Below, one piece after another: positions 25,838 to 38,873 of a stretch of DNA of 64,000 nt. Under the pieces are notes generated by a model. That model searched no databases, was not told where the DNA came from, and saw nothing but the letters and a program-made list of their open reading frames with translations. Origin of the DNA: Ptychomitrium polyphyllum. Lineage: Eukaryota. The position numbers and the translations under genes were made by a program. The stretch spans positions 18,228,001-18,292,000 of the forward strand of contig OZ316775.1 in the NCBI GenBank assembly GCA_973851085.1. The letters are read 5' to 3'. The first letter of the stretch is position 1. The number at the start of each line of letters is the position of its first letter.

Positions 25838-28800
25838 CTTGGAGAACAGCGTCCATATTGCTGTCCAGTGCTTTTCTGGGCCCATCAAGCCAGCTTTCAT
25901 ACCGACCATGGTGTTTCGTAAAGTGTAAAAAATAAAATGAGGAGCAACCTTCATGGTTTGAATGATCACTGAAGTCCACGCTTTTAAAATGTGGAGATAG
26001 TGCTTTGATTATTGCAGATTGTAACACAAACTTGACTGAAGTGGTTCTTGTTAGACAATGGCTAGCTCCTTGAGTATTAGAAGGTAACCTTCTGTTAATA
26101 GTCTACATGTGCAGGTCCTTTGTTGATTTAGTCATTCTTTTCATTTCAAGAGGTATTAACTTGGACTTCAGCATCTTAGGTCTTAGGTCCCTGATTCATT
26201 TCATAATTGTCACTACCGTAGTTGCTATATGTGTTTATAGGCATACTTATCCTTGGGGCATGCATTGCACTGCAGAGCAGACAAATAAGTATTTGTTGGG
26301 CTCAGAAAGCATGTAGGGATTCATATATTATTGACTTTTCACTTTTATTCACTACAGATTTCAACTTTGATGTACTCTAGTCTTTTGCATGGTCCTAATC
26401 TGTATGATTGAGAACCTGGAACCTACAGTCAGGTGCTAACTGACTTGGTTCCTCTTATGTACGTAGTTGGTTGTTCGACCTTTCCTGGACATTTGTCATT
26501 CTTTCTTCAGAATGTGTGGTACATAGTCAGGTGCTGACAATAATAAAATCAGAATAAAATGGAGGATTTGAACCTGAAATTTTCTGAGCCAGTTCAGAGT
26601 CCCAAGTAACTACTGTACAAAAGGTCCCAATTCTGCATTCCCCTCATCATTCTAACTGCATGACTCTGTTCAACAGGATGATCATGTCAAGAAAAGTACT
26701 GCCATGGTACAGATAAGGAAACAAGTGCTAGCTGGTCAAATGTCAAGACAAAAATTAACTGACATGCTGCATAGGATGCTTGAAAGGGTAGAGTTATGGT
26801 TTCAAGTTGAAATAGCTAGCTAATTATTTGTTTGTTAATGTAATATGTTGTTTGTTAATATAAAGCAATTGCCTTCAAGTTCTTGATGATCCGTGAACCA
26901 ATGGACCTTTTCTCCACCATCAGGAACCAAAAGAACAACAGCCAAGGAGCCCAAGCAGCCCAAGCAGGGGGCTCGTAGTCTAAAGGAAAACTTGCATTAT
27001 TCCTAACAGAAATCAGTCAAATACAGTACACAGTGGAACCTTCACGTGGTAGGATGTACACACTTTCTTGTTGTGACCCTTCAGTTGTTGTGTGATAATT
27101 GAACTTTCCTTATTAAAACCAGTACTAGGAATAATTTCAGCAGGCAACCTCAAAGGAGATGTGGTATGTTTGTGGTTGTGGTCTTTACAAACATAAACAT
27201 TTCTAGTTGAGAAAGTTCTTATCTCAAGTGATACAGGCCAAAAAGCAAGAAAGAATGGATCAATTCAGCATGATCTAAATATCTTCTCTTATACAATAGT
27301 GCAATATTATGTACACTTGCGTGCAGTGAGTCTTTGTAAGTGCATACACTTTGATTTCATGAATATGAAAGAATAAATCATTGTTAATAAGTGTGACAAG
27401 TAAGAGGTATACAGAGGAAATCCTTTGTTTTATTATTGCCCAATTATTTGCAATAATTTTCACAATTGCATTATAAACCTGGTATAGAATTTTATAAATG
27501 ACAATTTTAATTCTTGTTGTATTTTCATTCAACAAATCACATGAAACATGCATGTTTTTAGAAGTATTTGCAAGATTGATTTTGGTCTATTATTGTCATG
27601 CTTGTAACTTAAAACTTAATGACAACATGATATATGTAAAACTTTTTATACATAAAAAATACTCTTTTAAATCTATAAAATAAATTATCTTTTGAAGAAA
27701 TTTCTAGAAGAAAAAACAAAATTTACTCACCAATGTTATGTAAGTTATAGAAAATGAAATATCATTATTATTATATTCTATGTCTTGATTAGGTTATTCC
27801 GGTTATTCCAAAATATCACCACACTTAAGTGATATTTTGGGATAAAATTATGCAATTTTTTTTCAAGTTTATATACTTCATATAGCTACTACATGCACAA
27901 TTTCTTATATGAGCAATGCTACCATTTGGAGGCTAAAATCTTAGGGATGTTTGAATGATATGGGGCACTAGTTTTTTTATTTGTTTTACACTAATTTTTA
28001 AGAATTTGTAAAAATTTTCAAGATTATGCATTGTTGTATAGACTTTAAAGTTTTACAAATTTGATTAGTGAAATGATATTTAAAGTGATGTAAAATTTGT
28101 GAGTTTTTTAAAAACATTTATGATGTAAAGGCTTTAAATTGTATTTATGATTTATTATGCCTTGCTCTTTTGCCATGTTGTGGTGCATGTAGGCATTTCA
28201 AAGATGTAAAAAATTAAATCAAATTTTTTAAGGATTTCAAGAAAATCAAAATTATAAAGATACATTTTTTAATTACTTAATATTTTTGTTGAACTACTTT
28301 AAATTTCTTTCATATTTATAAATTTTCCATACATTATTAAAAACATTTGTATTTCAATATGAATCTAGAACTATATTTTACTAATTTTTTTAATTAAGGC
28401 TCAAATGTATGAATATAATTATATGTACATATACAATTATTGCATAAGATGTCCACAAATATATTTGTAAAATTGATCATCTTTTAAAAAGCCCAAATAT
28501 CTTTAAAGCTCAAGTATATAATATCACAATCTACATTATTTATGCAAATTAACTACTAATCATAAATCTAAAGGTTTAAACTAATGATATTTGTTACAGA
28601 TACACGTTATAACATTGGGTTAAAGAACCTTCCAAAATCTTCCAAGAAATCCTAATAATTTATATAAATTTTTTAATTAGCTTTTAGTAGATTTTTAAAA
28701 TCTTCTAATTGTTTCCAATAGCTTTTGTTATGAAGACATATTAGAAGCTCTTAAAATGACTAAGAAAGTCTATAGAGGTCTAAGAAGGTTCTATGAAGGT

Positions 28801-29442
28801 TTAAACATCTCCAAAAAGTTGCTAAACAAACTATCTTAATTTTAAAATGCTGTAATAAATCAAAAAGACTTCTAAAGAAGTAACCTTAGGTTGCTTTAAT
28901 ACATAGCATTGTATTGGTAGCCTCAAGACAAACTTCTAAATAATTCTAAATCTATAGTATATATAGGAATTGAGGCTAAAGTAATATTTGTTTTTGACAA
29001 TACATCTCTTGTGGTTTAACTCAAACCTTTTGGCCTTGTACCTTGTTATAATTCTTGGTTCTTAATATGAAGTTTAATCATTCCATCTTGCTATTTTGAA
29101 TCGTTGTCTTATATTTCCATCTATAATAGATACATGCTAATAAGAATTCATGGTAACATAGCTAAAACAAAGATTGTTTATTGAGTGGAATAGATGCAAA
29201 TTTGAAGTGTATGGTATTTACATAGCCTTATATTCCATTACAAGTATGCCAAACATGTTCTATGAAATCCACAATCATCCATGGTTATAGGTTTTCCTTC
29301 TACTTTTAAATTACGAAGATCTAGAAAATAACACATAAAAGTCTTCTTCATCACTTAGCATGATTGTTGACTTTTTGCTCACATAATGACTTTTCCCTTT
29401 TTACTTTCACTTGTCTCTTTATAATGTACAATAACTAGTGCT

Positions 29443-29492
29443 ATCAACTATAATATTCTAGTTGATCAACTATAATATTCTAGTTGATCAAC
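29443..29492. repeat. Perfect 22-bp tandem duplication (ATCAACTATAATATTCTAGTTG x2 plus a partial third copy)
   Basis: Read directly. Each unit is itself a short inverted repeat (CAACTA...TAGTTG). Confidence 0.85.
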
Positions 29493-31077
29493 AGACATTC
29501 CATCCTCTTAGTTGTGGTATGAACTGATAAACCAACAAAACATGGAAGAGACTGGTTTGGTTTGCAAGAGATAGGAGGAAAGAATTCATACTAGTGGCTT
29601 TTGCACTCGCAAACATAACAATGTCAACAGAAAACCTGTATGGTTGTAGCACATTAGCATTGCATTTGTTTTGTGGGATAACTCTATTGACAAAAATTAT
29701 TTACCTTCATGACTAGTTCAGCAAATCAACACGATCCAATCATGAATGTCCGACAGTGATCGGAGTCAAACTAAAAATTCCTCAAACGTCTGAGCTGAAG
29801 GAAAACGTTGCAACTGCCAACTTGTGATGTCCATTGTCCAAGCTGGAGTGTGGTGCTGCCAGTTCCCCACCAGCCTCCAGCAGCCAACAGCATGATTACC
29901 ACTAATAAGTAACATACATCACCGCTGCTCACCCCTTCCACACTTTCCATCCACACTCAGTCAGTACGTATGCTCTGAGCCTGCTGTGATTCTGACACTC
30001 AGAGCAGCTGGGCTGGAACTGGTAAGCTCTCACGCCGGTGGCACCCCAGCCACACCCCACCTAGCGTGGTTGGTGCCCAGAATCCATAATACGTTATACA
30101 TCGCACGAACCAGCAGCTCTATGATTAGCTTAATACCCTGCTGCACCGTACGGGTCAAGGCCTCTGCTGCAGGTACGGCGATGGTGAGGCGCTGCATTGC
30201 ATTCATCGCCCCATCATTTGTGACCGATCCGTAAACCTGCTGTTCAACCTACAGTCATACCATCTGCAGAGTGCTCCCTGCAACGCCATCTTCCCGCTTC
30301 AGTTGAATCCTCTTGCAGGGCTCCTGCGACCTGGACGTTGGCAGCAGCAGCTGCACCGGATCTGCAACTCGGCGCCCACTCGCTTGTGTTGGATGCATCA
30401 TTATATCGACCTAGACTTGCAGCTATGGACGGGGGCTCAATACTAGTTTGTTGGGCTCGAAATCATTCTAGAATCTAGTCCGAGGTAGTCTAGAGCACGT
30501 ACTAATGGCTGCAGGAGATTGTGGAGACGCTTGAGCAAGCGCTTAGCTGGTTCAACCGGATGAGGGTTTAGTTACGAGGGTTGGTTCTAGTGACGTTTGT
30601 GGTGCCGGTGGAGCAGGAAGGTGCGACTAGATCGAGAGCCGACTCGGTTGAGTGAAACTTGGGGTGGTGTCGGCTGATTGATCACGGCTAAATTGTGGTA
30701 TTAGAAAAAGGGCACTTTATGCATGTTGATCTTTCGATACAGTCAATTCTTCTAGTGTGTGACGTATCCCTCATTTTCGACGGTTGAACTACCAACCTAC
30801 CAAAAGTCAAATATATTAATCAGACCTCATGTTCACCGTCAGTTTGTGGCGGTGGATTTTATACCAGATTGACGTTTGAGTCGTAGGTTCTAACTTGAGT
30901 TGAATAAGAAAGACCGAGGTGATGAAGATTCAATTGATATAAGAGGCTGCGGAATAGTACTGAAATATCGTGGTTTGGGTTAGATCTGAGAGAGACGTTG
31001 AGTGGAACAGCAAAGCGCTGGTTCTATTCTGGACTATTAATTGCAGCGCATGATTGGGTTAGATTACTTGTGATTCA

Positions 31078-34000
31078 ATGATGGCAACAATGGTAGGGGA
31101 GGGTAGCGGAGGAGAGGCATCTGTGGAGACGCTGGGTGCAATTGCAAGCAATGGGCATGTCGATGGCAGAGGAGTGCTGGGTGCAGTTGCAAGCAATGGG
31201 CATGTCGATGGCAGTGGAGTGCTGGGAAGATGCCTGGCAGCGGGGCAAGGATGGAGGTTCAAAGGCTTGGTGCCATCGTTGGCAATGTGGGAGGGTGGCT
31301 CCGTCTTTGATTCCTGGCTGGTGGCTTCCGCTGCTCAGGTAGTCTTGGATTTTTAACCGACAATCCATTCTCTTACTCAAATTCGTGCGTACGTCGGTTC
31401 TGCTAATCTTACCTTGCACTTATTGGACAATTGGTGTTCAGGCAATGAATCTTGTTACCAAATTCTATTCATCACTGACCTTGAACTTCCAGTTATTAAT
31501 TGTTGCTTGCTATCATAATCAAGTACTGAGTCGATATTTTTAGTGCTAGTTCGTGACCTTGACATGAAGCCCCCTGTTCTGAAGGAAATTTTAGTTAATG
31601 GGCTCAGTCTAGAAAATGTTGTGATGAGCCCCTTGGATTGAATGCTACCAATAAAAAATTTGCATTTTGTTTGACTTACTCTGGAAGTTCAGAATGCAAG
31701 GCAGAGATTGCCACCATAGATTGTCACTAATGGTTTTGAAGCTAGCTTGGCCTGTGTGGCTCCAGTCTTCATGATTGTGAGTATCTGATTGCAATGAATA
31801 TGTATGTGCTTGAATTGACAGATTGGCCAAGTGGTACTGACCTTCCCATACACGATGTCACAAATGGGCTTTGCATTCGGTGTGCCGGCCATCATTTTCT
31901 ACAATGTATTGGGTGCTTGGTCTGTGTATCTCCTGGTGTGGCTCTACTTGGAATTTAACGCTCGAGCACTCTCTCAAGGCAAAGTTCGCCCTGAACGTCA
32001 CATCCTCCAGGTACAGTGTATCATTTTGGGTCAATCAGGTCAGTTTTTGACAAAATGAAACGATGCGCTGGTTGAGCAATGTGATTGAGGCTTGGCTTTG
32101 TTAATCAGAGAAGCCACAAATGAGCTATACATAATCAATAAAAGAAATGACGCCAAGTTTTTCGCCGGCAGGCTCCTACTTGGCAGATGTACAATAATTT
32201 CTCTTTAGCAGTAATGAAAATATTATTGTTTGCGTCACAAAGGGAAACAAAAAAATAGCTCCATAAGGTGAGCACATAACCAGACAGATTCTAATGAGCT
32301 AGTGTGTGGTGTGTGGACGTGCAGTATCATGAAGTGATTGAAGGGCTCATCGGGAGATGGGGTGGGAAAGTCACCTATTTCTTCGTCATTTTGTCCGTGG
32401 GCATTGCATCTGTCATTCAACTTATTGCGTCTGCTAGGTGACTTCAATCTCGAAACCTATTGTCTCATAAATTTCAATGAACATTCTCTCTACTTTTTAA
32501 ACTTTGTTAGAATAGCAATGCTGCTTGCCGAAGTTGCATGATTGACAGCTAGTAATACTGTTTGTTTTTACTTACTTATTATCTAAATTGTAGATTTATT
32601 ACTTATTAAAATTGTTATGTGAATGAAGCACGCATGTGTTAGAATTCGATCTACTGATTCTGACCACGTTCATGTTTTGCTGCAATATGTGATAATGAAT
32701 TGCAGTGACCTTTATTATGCAAATGCGAGTTTAAATAAGCGAGAGTGGCAATACATTGTGGGAGGCGTAGCATTTCTAGCTGTCTTTGTTCCAGACTACG
32801 GCCACTTCCGGTCAGGTGCCGTGATTGGCATTTTGACAACAACGATCACCTCACTTTACATGTTCATTGCAGCTCTCTCTATTGGACAGGTCCTCTTCGT
32901 TGCCAACACCTAAAATCGCATATTCTTTCAACTTGTCAACACCAAGGATGCCATATGTGTCGGGGTATTCATTGATCTACTATTTGAGTCAGAAACAAGT
33001 GAACTTTTCACCAAATTCCTTGCTATTCTAAGATTGATGCAAAATCATACCAAGGCCTAGATTTTGTTCTGATTTTTTTGAATTCAACAATGTCCTTTCT
33101 AGTGATACAGGCTCCGGGGGTTAAGCACACCGGTGCAAACGACAAGGTGGAGTTTCTGACGGGTGCAACAAATATCCTGTTCGCATTTGGAGGGCATGGA
33201 ATCACCATGTAGGCAAACAACCTCAGCTCATGTCCATTTACATGATTGTCAGCTAAATCAACGTTGCAAGAAACGATTTGATTATTACTAGATTGATTGA
33301 AAAAGTAGTAGTTCTAAAAACTCTTGCCAGCTTGATTTATTCTGAAATGGTAAACAAACAGAGAGATTCTGGAGTCAATGCGGCGACCATCAAAATTTAA
33401 GTTTGTGTACATAGCAGTGTGCTTCTACACGCTGTGTATCACATTACCAAGCGCCCTGGCAGTTTACTGGGCGTATGGTGATGTTCTATTGAAACGGTCG
33501 AACGCTTTTGCTGTTCTGCCTGTCAGTGGTTGGCGGACAGTAGCCATTGCAGCCATGGTTGTGCACCAAGTATGACTCATCTCTCTGCTCTATTTGCTTA
33601 GAACTCCATTATTACATAACTCAAGATAATGTCTTTACTGTTTACAAATCACGTCAGTACTTTTAACCTCATTTTTCAACCGTCCCAGACTATTTCTCGC
33701 AACAAACCAGATTAGTTCATACTAGCATTGAAACATGACATTACTTTGGAAGAATATAGAAGTTACTTAAATACTAAGTGTCTCAATAGAAATCTTTGTG
33801 TTATATATTTGATGCAGAAGTCCATGGATTTGACCCAATAGCGGAGTTTGGATTCTGTCACTTCTAAGAATTGAAACTTATACTGATGGTGACTGCTTAA
33901 CTATGCGCAGGCAATGGGGTTTGTGCTCTTCAGCCACCCTGTGTTTCTTGTCTGTGAGAAGGCAGCGGGGGTGCACACCAAGATGTTTGCGCTGCGAGTG

Positions 34001-34579
34001 CTGGTTCGAATACCTGTTGTAGCAGCAATGTGGTTTCTAGCCTTGGCTGTTCCCTTCTTCGGGCCCATCAATTCTGTGATGGGGGCATTCTTAGTGTCTG
34101 TTTCAGTATATATAATGCCCTTGGCTGCGTTTCTCATTACCTACCGCACCAAATCTGCTCGCAAGGTAGCACTCATGAACCTTTCTAGAATTCCAAGTTA
34201 CGAGTTAAATCCAATTCATGAAAGTCTACTTGATCCACATAGTGCATAACTTACAATGTCATTAATGTTGGCCTCGAATTATTTTGGAGAGGACATCTTG
34301 AATTAGAGGATTACGTAAAAGCTCTAGAAAAAGTTGCTCATTCTAATTAAAAAGTGCGCATGTGGTGCGTTTCCTGTGCAGAACTCAGCAGTACAGCTGC
34401 CTCCATTCCTACCCAAGTGGTCACTTATGTTTCTTCTAAATTCAATCATCATCATCTGGACTGTTGTCGTTGGGATTGGGTTCGGGGGTTGGGCAAGTAT
34501 TACAAACTTCATAAGACAGATTCACTCCTTTGGATTCTTTGACAAATGTTTTCAATGTCCATCAGCCATGCCCAAATAG
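31078..34579 (+). CDS. Divergent AUX1/LAX-like auxin/amino-acid permease; exons 31078-31338, 31822-32010, 32325-32437, 32706-32889, 33111-33208, 33362-33569, 33911-34165, 34382-34579
   Basis: WEGGSVFDSW...Q|IGQVVLTFPYTMSQMG, HILQ|YHEVIEGLIG, VIQLIASAS|DLYY, ATNILFAFGGHGITI|EILESMRRPSKFK, WFLALAVPFFGPINSVMGAFLVS, GFGGWASITNFIRQIHSFGFFDKCFQC. All eight exons splice in frame at GT-AG. Confidence 0.92.
31131..31226 (+). repeat. 45-bp coding tandem duplication (15 aa, LGA[I/V]ASNGHVDG[R/S]GV) in the permease N-terminal tail
   Basis: Copies at 31131-31175 and 31176-31220 differ at 2 positions. Confidence 0.9.
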
Positions 34580-35363
34580 TAAACGATCAGCAGGTACTAC
34601 GCTTTATCACCACTACAGGACTTTCAAAGTTCTTTCTTATTTTCTTATTGCTATGTAAGGGTTAATTAAGGCCTGTGGACTATCGCTACACTAGATTACT
34701 AAACCCCGAATCTGCTCATTTTTGTAGTTTAGATGCAATTATTTCGACATTCATATGAACACCAAAGAATTCTGACTTTGTTCGCCTTGCTCCGTTGTTG
34801 TTTACAGGAAGCTAGGATGATCATCTGCAAGGAGGTACTTACACCTAGTGCCACCTTGGTACTGCCGCAGCTTGATGTGCTCCAATCTGACCAACCTTGA
34901 AATGGCACGTCTCAAGCATATTCTTGGACTTGGTTTAGTATGCTGAAATCAGTGGACTTTACAATCAGTATACTACTCCAGACGATGACAAAATCTGCAG
35001 CAAGCCTGGAAAATGCAGGTATTCCGGTATAGATCTGAATCTAAGGGTCCACTGCTTGTGCAGTAGGATAATCCATCGAGTGGCATTGAACAACTCTCCC
35101 TTCATGCTGGGAGAAACAGGAGCTCTGGTAAAGAAATTGGTGTCAAAACAGCTTGAGTTTCCTCAGATACAATGCTATTTACTGAAATGAGACAAATACC
35201 TTCAGGGATTTGTAGGTAAGTACACAGTTGAAGAGGAATAGCGCATCATCTTCAAAGAGGAGAATGCGAAAACAAGCTACTGAATAGTTGAATGATTTTA
35301 TCCTGATATTCGGGAAGGTGCAGTATTTTTCTTACATGAGAAAAGTCTATAGCCGAAAGACAC

Positions 35364-38300
35364 TCAATCACACGCTAACTTCGGGTCCACACTTGTGAGG
35401 CAAATTGAAAATGCCTGTATTTGAAAATGTCAGTCGACATGAATAAGGCCCTCGAAGCTGGCTGAGGAAATAGTGCGGAAATAAGGCCAACGTGTGGTAT
35501 ATGATTGAAAGTTTATGATTCGTACCTGCAAGGCCGACATAGGGTGCTGATAGTCCATTGTGAAAAGATTTCTTCCAATCTGAAACCACGAAAATAAACG
35601 ATGAAGAAAACAAATCAAAATGTAGAACTTCCTGTAAGATGTTTAGCATTGATTAGTATGAGTGTGTGTAACTTTATAATAAATATCATCATTGTCCACA
35701 CTTGGAGGTTGAGCGAGTGTAACATTAACTAGAGCTTCATATTGTAGCAATAATGCATCAGGTGATTGAGATGAGGAAAGCATTTCGCACCTTACCAAAC
35801 TGAAGGATAACGGTGTCTTGGTCCGAGTCTGCTACCAACTGCACAGATGAAGAACGACATATGATATCTTTGAAGCTAGAGGAAGTTGGCCACACGTAGA
35901 ATACAGGAATAGCCACAATACCACGCAAGAATAGGAGACGTCTTCTCTTTGAGTAAAATGCACCTGGAAGTTTTTGACAGATGGTTTTGTCACTCGGCCG
36001 TTGAAATTGAGACAATATGCTGCGAGCTGCCCCATCCAGTATATCCCAGTCAACGTATGTGTGAAACAAGAGGAAATTTACAAACTACAAAAACGAAAAA
36101 AAGAAAAGAAAAAAACAGGGACCTGGTAACGTAGTGCAAAACACGAAGGGCAACCTGTGATTACAATTACTCTTGAAAACTTGGACCTTATTCTGCTGTT
36201 TCAACCTCAAAGAAACCTTTTTGCGCAAGAATGGTTACCTGTTTACTGAAATGGGGCTGTTTGTTATGCATGATGATCATCTTATCTCGGTACTGACCAC
36301 ATTTGTAGTCGTCTAAAATTACTGGTGCACCATCAGCAGCTGGGTGAAATACATAAGGTTTGCCATCCTCTTGTAATGACGGTATAATGGCAGTCATTTT
36401 GCGTGGTCCTCCAATCCCAAGCACATTAACATGATATTTCACAGCACCCATTTCTACCCTATTCTTTGTAGTTGGAAGCCGCGTAATTCTGCCATACATA
36501 CCAAATAAACTTAAGCCTATTTTCTAGGTGAATTCCAATGATATTAATCTAGCGCAATATCAGGCAATTAGGATAATTCCTTGTTAACTTAAGCACTAGG
36601 TCCACTACATGATGCTAGGTGTGTAAATAATCCAGTTGCCTATGAAATCTAGATCAATTTGAAGTGTAAATTGACATGTACTTGAGGTGCAGAATTAATT
36701 GAAACTAACGTGCAGACTTACCTACCGCCTGCGGCTTTCGTTGGAGGAGTCCCCTTATCGTAAAACCAATACTCAGAACCAATAAAATTGGAGCGGAGCT
36801 GCAGACCAAAGCATAATGAAGCGTTAAGGATGCTATTTCTAGATATTCATGATTCCTCGCAGTGTAACTGATGCCCAGAGATAGAACTGAAAAATTGAAT
36901 CGAACCTGACCTTAAATTACAGTTAATTGGGTTCTGACAAACGCTGAGACAGAATAGCAATCCAATGCAATAAAGACACACCTTGCCAAAATAGTTTCCA
37001 GATTGTTTGGAAGTGTCATTTTCGTCAAGAGAAATAGTATAATTGGTCCTGGTCTTCTTTCGCTTCCTTGAAGACAGTAAAAAACGGTCTCCGTCTGAGA
37101 GATACAATCTGTAGCTGTTCCGCGCACAACGCAGGTAAGTGCATTTCGGCAACGAGAGAAAATCATTCTTATCAACTAGTCATAATGTGAATGTGGTAAT
37201 CAGAAATGATTTAAAGATGGAAAAAAAAAAATTATGTACTAGGGACTATACATCTATTGCACATGGAAGAGTGGAGAAGAAAACCTTGGAGTCAACCACT
37301 TAGCATGGACCTGGCGGCGTATGTGACATTCAACAGGTCCATAGTCTTCTGGGACAGGACGAGTGAGAAACACTCGAAGATCTGTTACCATGCTTGCCAC
37401 ATTTCCCAATCGCTTGAAGTCAAATCGTGGTTCTGGACAATACACAGGAGTTAACCCTTGCTCTCGAAGTTTTTTTTCAAGGTCCTGCACGATCAAGTAT
37501 TCCGTATCCGCTTTTAGCAACCTCTCAAGGACTCCTTAATAATATCCTTGTGTTGCGACTTCAGCAGAAGTAATAAATTAGTGTGGTGGAGGAAGATGAT
37601 GCACTTACAGTAGCCATTCCACCATTTGTGGTGTTCGTTATACTTTGGTAAGAACCCCTTGGAGTCTGTAACCGATTGCAGGTAAACCGGTCTTTCCCTT
37701 TGATGGTTCTCCCTAGATATCCACCTGCCCAGTTTCCTTTCTTACCCAGCTCACCGCCACTCTACACAAAAAATCGGTTTTTAGCTTATGACATACTTTG
37801 AAATCCAAAGTTAGTATGACTTTCGATAGCACATACATCAGATAATGGAGTCTCCCTTGTTACTTTTAATTGTGCAACCATCAACACCATCTCTCAGCAT
37901 CATAGTTCATGCATGACTAAGCACAGTCTACAAGTTGCTGACCTTGGTGGAGTTGCGAGGCGTGAACTGTCCTCGCAAGCTGTCTGCAAGTACCTCCTTT
38001 CGAGTCCTGGGAGTCATGAGATCAATTCTGGGAGTCCTGGAAGTCATGAGATCAATTCTGGGAGTCCTGGGAGTCATGAGATCAATTCTAGGAGTCCTGG
38101 GAGTCCTGGGAGTTCTGAAAGTCATGAGGTCAGTCCTAGGAGTCCTGGGAGTCATGGGAGCCCTTAAAGTCTGTGGTATAGTTGTATCCCTAACCACCCC
38201 AACCATAACACCAAATATTTAGCAGAATCAATATCAGGACTAATGCTCATTAAAGGTGCAGATGCATTTGAATTGTAATAACTAATACGATTCATCTCAA

Positions 38301-38873
38301 CCACACTATTGCTTGGCCTCTTTCGAGTTACTCAACATGCACTGGAGGAATGCACTACTATTTCTGCATAAATCTGTGTGACCAAAGGGTGACGATTTGA
38401 GGGTACCTTCCCGCACAAAATGGCGGCGGGTACACACTTGTTGGAGTGAGGGGACAAGGAATAAAGAAGTCGTTGCTTGCAACCAAGCCTGCATAGAGAA
38501 CATTGTTTGTATTGCACATATACTTAATAACATGAGCAATAATGCCTGCACAAGCTGATCAAAGCAACAGGAAAACCCTTAACAGTTCCTACGACAACCA
38601 TTCTCAAATACGATATAGGTGAAGAGGAGCAGTACTATTAGAAATATCGGATCTCGCAGCAATAGCTATCCCTATTTGCTATTTGATACAATCCCTGTGA
38701 GATCCAAGTTCTATAGAAGAAGTTGCAAAAAGTTCTAAATAAGATTTCAGACGGGCAGGTGGATTTCTGGGAAGAGCCAGAATGAGCAGGAACAACAGTC
38801 AGTGGGGGAACGATACCTGATAAACAGCGGGTCCTTTTCTTTTGAGGGAGGAGTAGTCTTGGGACTCGTTCAT
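35364..38873 (-). CDS. Tubby-domain protein lacking an F-box (TUB/TULP-like); start tentative (ATG 38873, or 38155)
   Basis: Spliced Tub domain: FLTRPVPEDYGPVECHIRR, YRLYLSDGDRFLLSSRKRKK, NYFGK|LRSNFIGSEY, NVLGIGGPRKMTAIIP, MHNKQP, YCLNFNGRVTKPSVKNFQ|LV, ILQFGK|IGRNLFTMDYQHPMSALQ|AFSICLTSVDPKLACD*, with the stop at 35364-35366. Confidence 0.9.
38002..38160 (-). repeat. 30-bp coding tandem repeat (TPRTPRIDLM) with 9-bp subrepeats in the Tubby N-terminal exon
   Basis: AGTCCTGGGAGTCATGAGATCAATTCTGGG-like unit x3 plus degenerate copies, read on the + strand. Confidence 0.9.

Noticed and set aside
26300..27300. Possible LTR or retroelement remnant
   Set aside because: No paired LTRs, primer-binding site, or gag/pol motif could be identified by eye.
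37913..38222. Plus-strand repeat ORFs (SPGSHEIN..., VLGVMRSIL...) or a CRISPR-like array
   Set aside because: These are head-to-tail repeats without unique spacers. The minus frame splices into the Tubby gene, and the context is eukaryotic.
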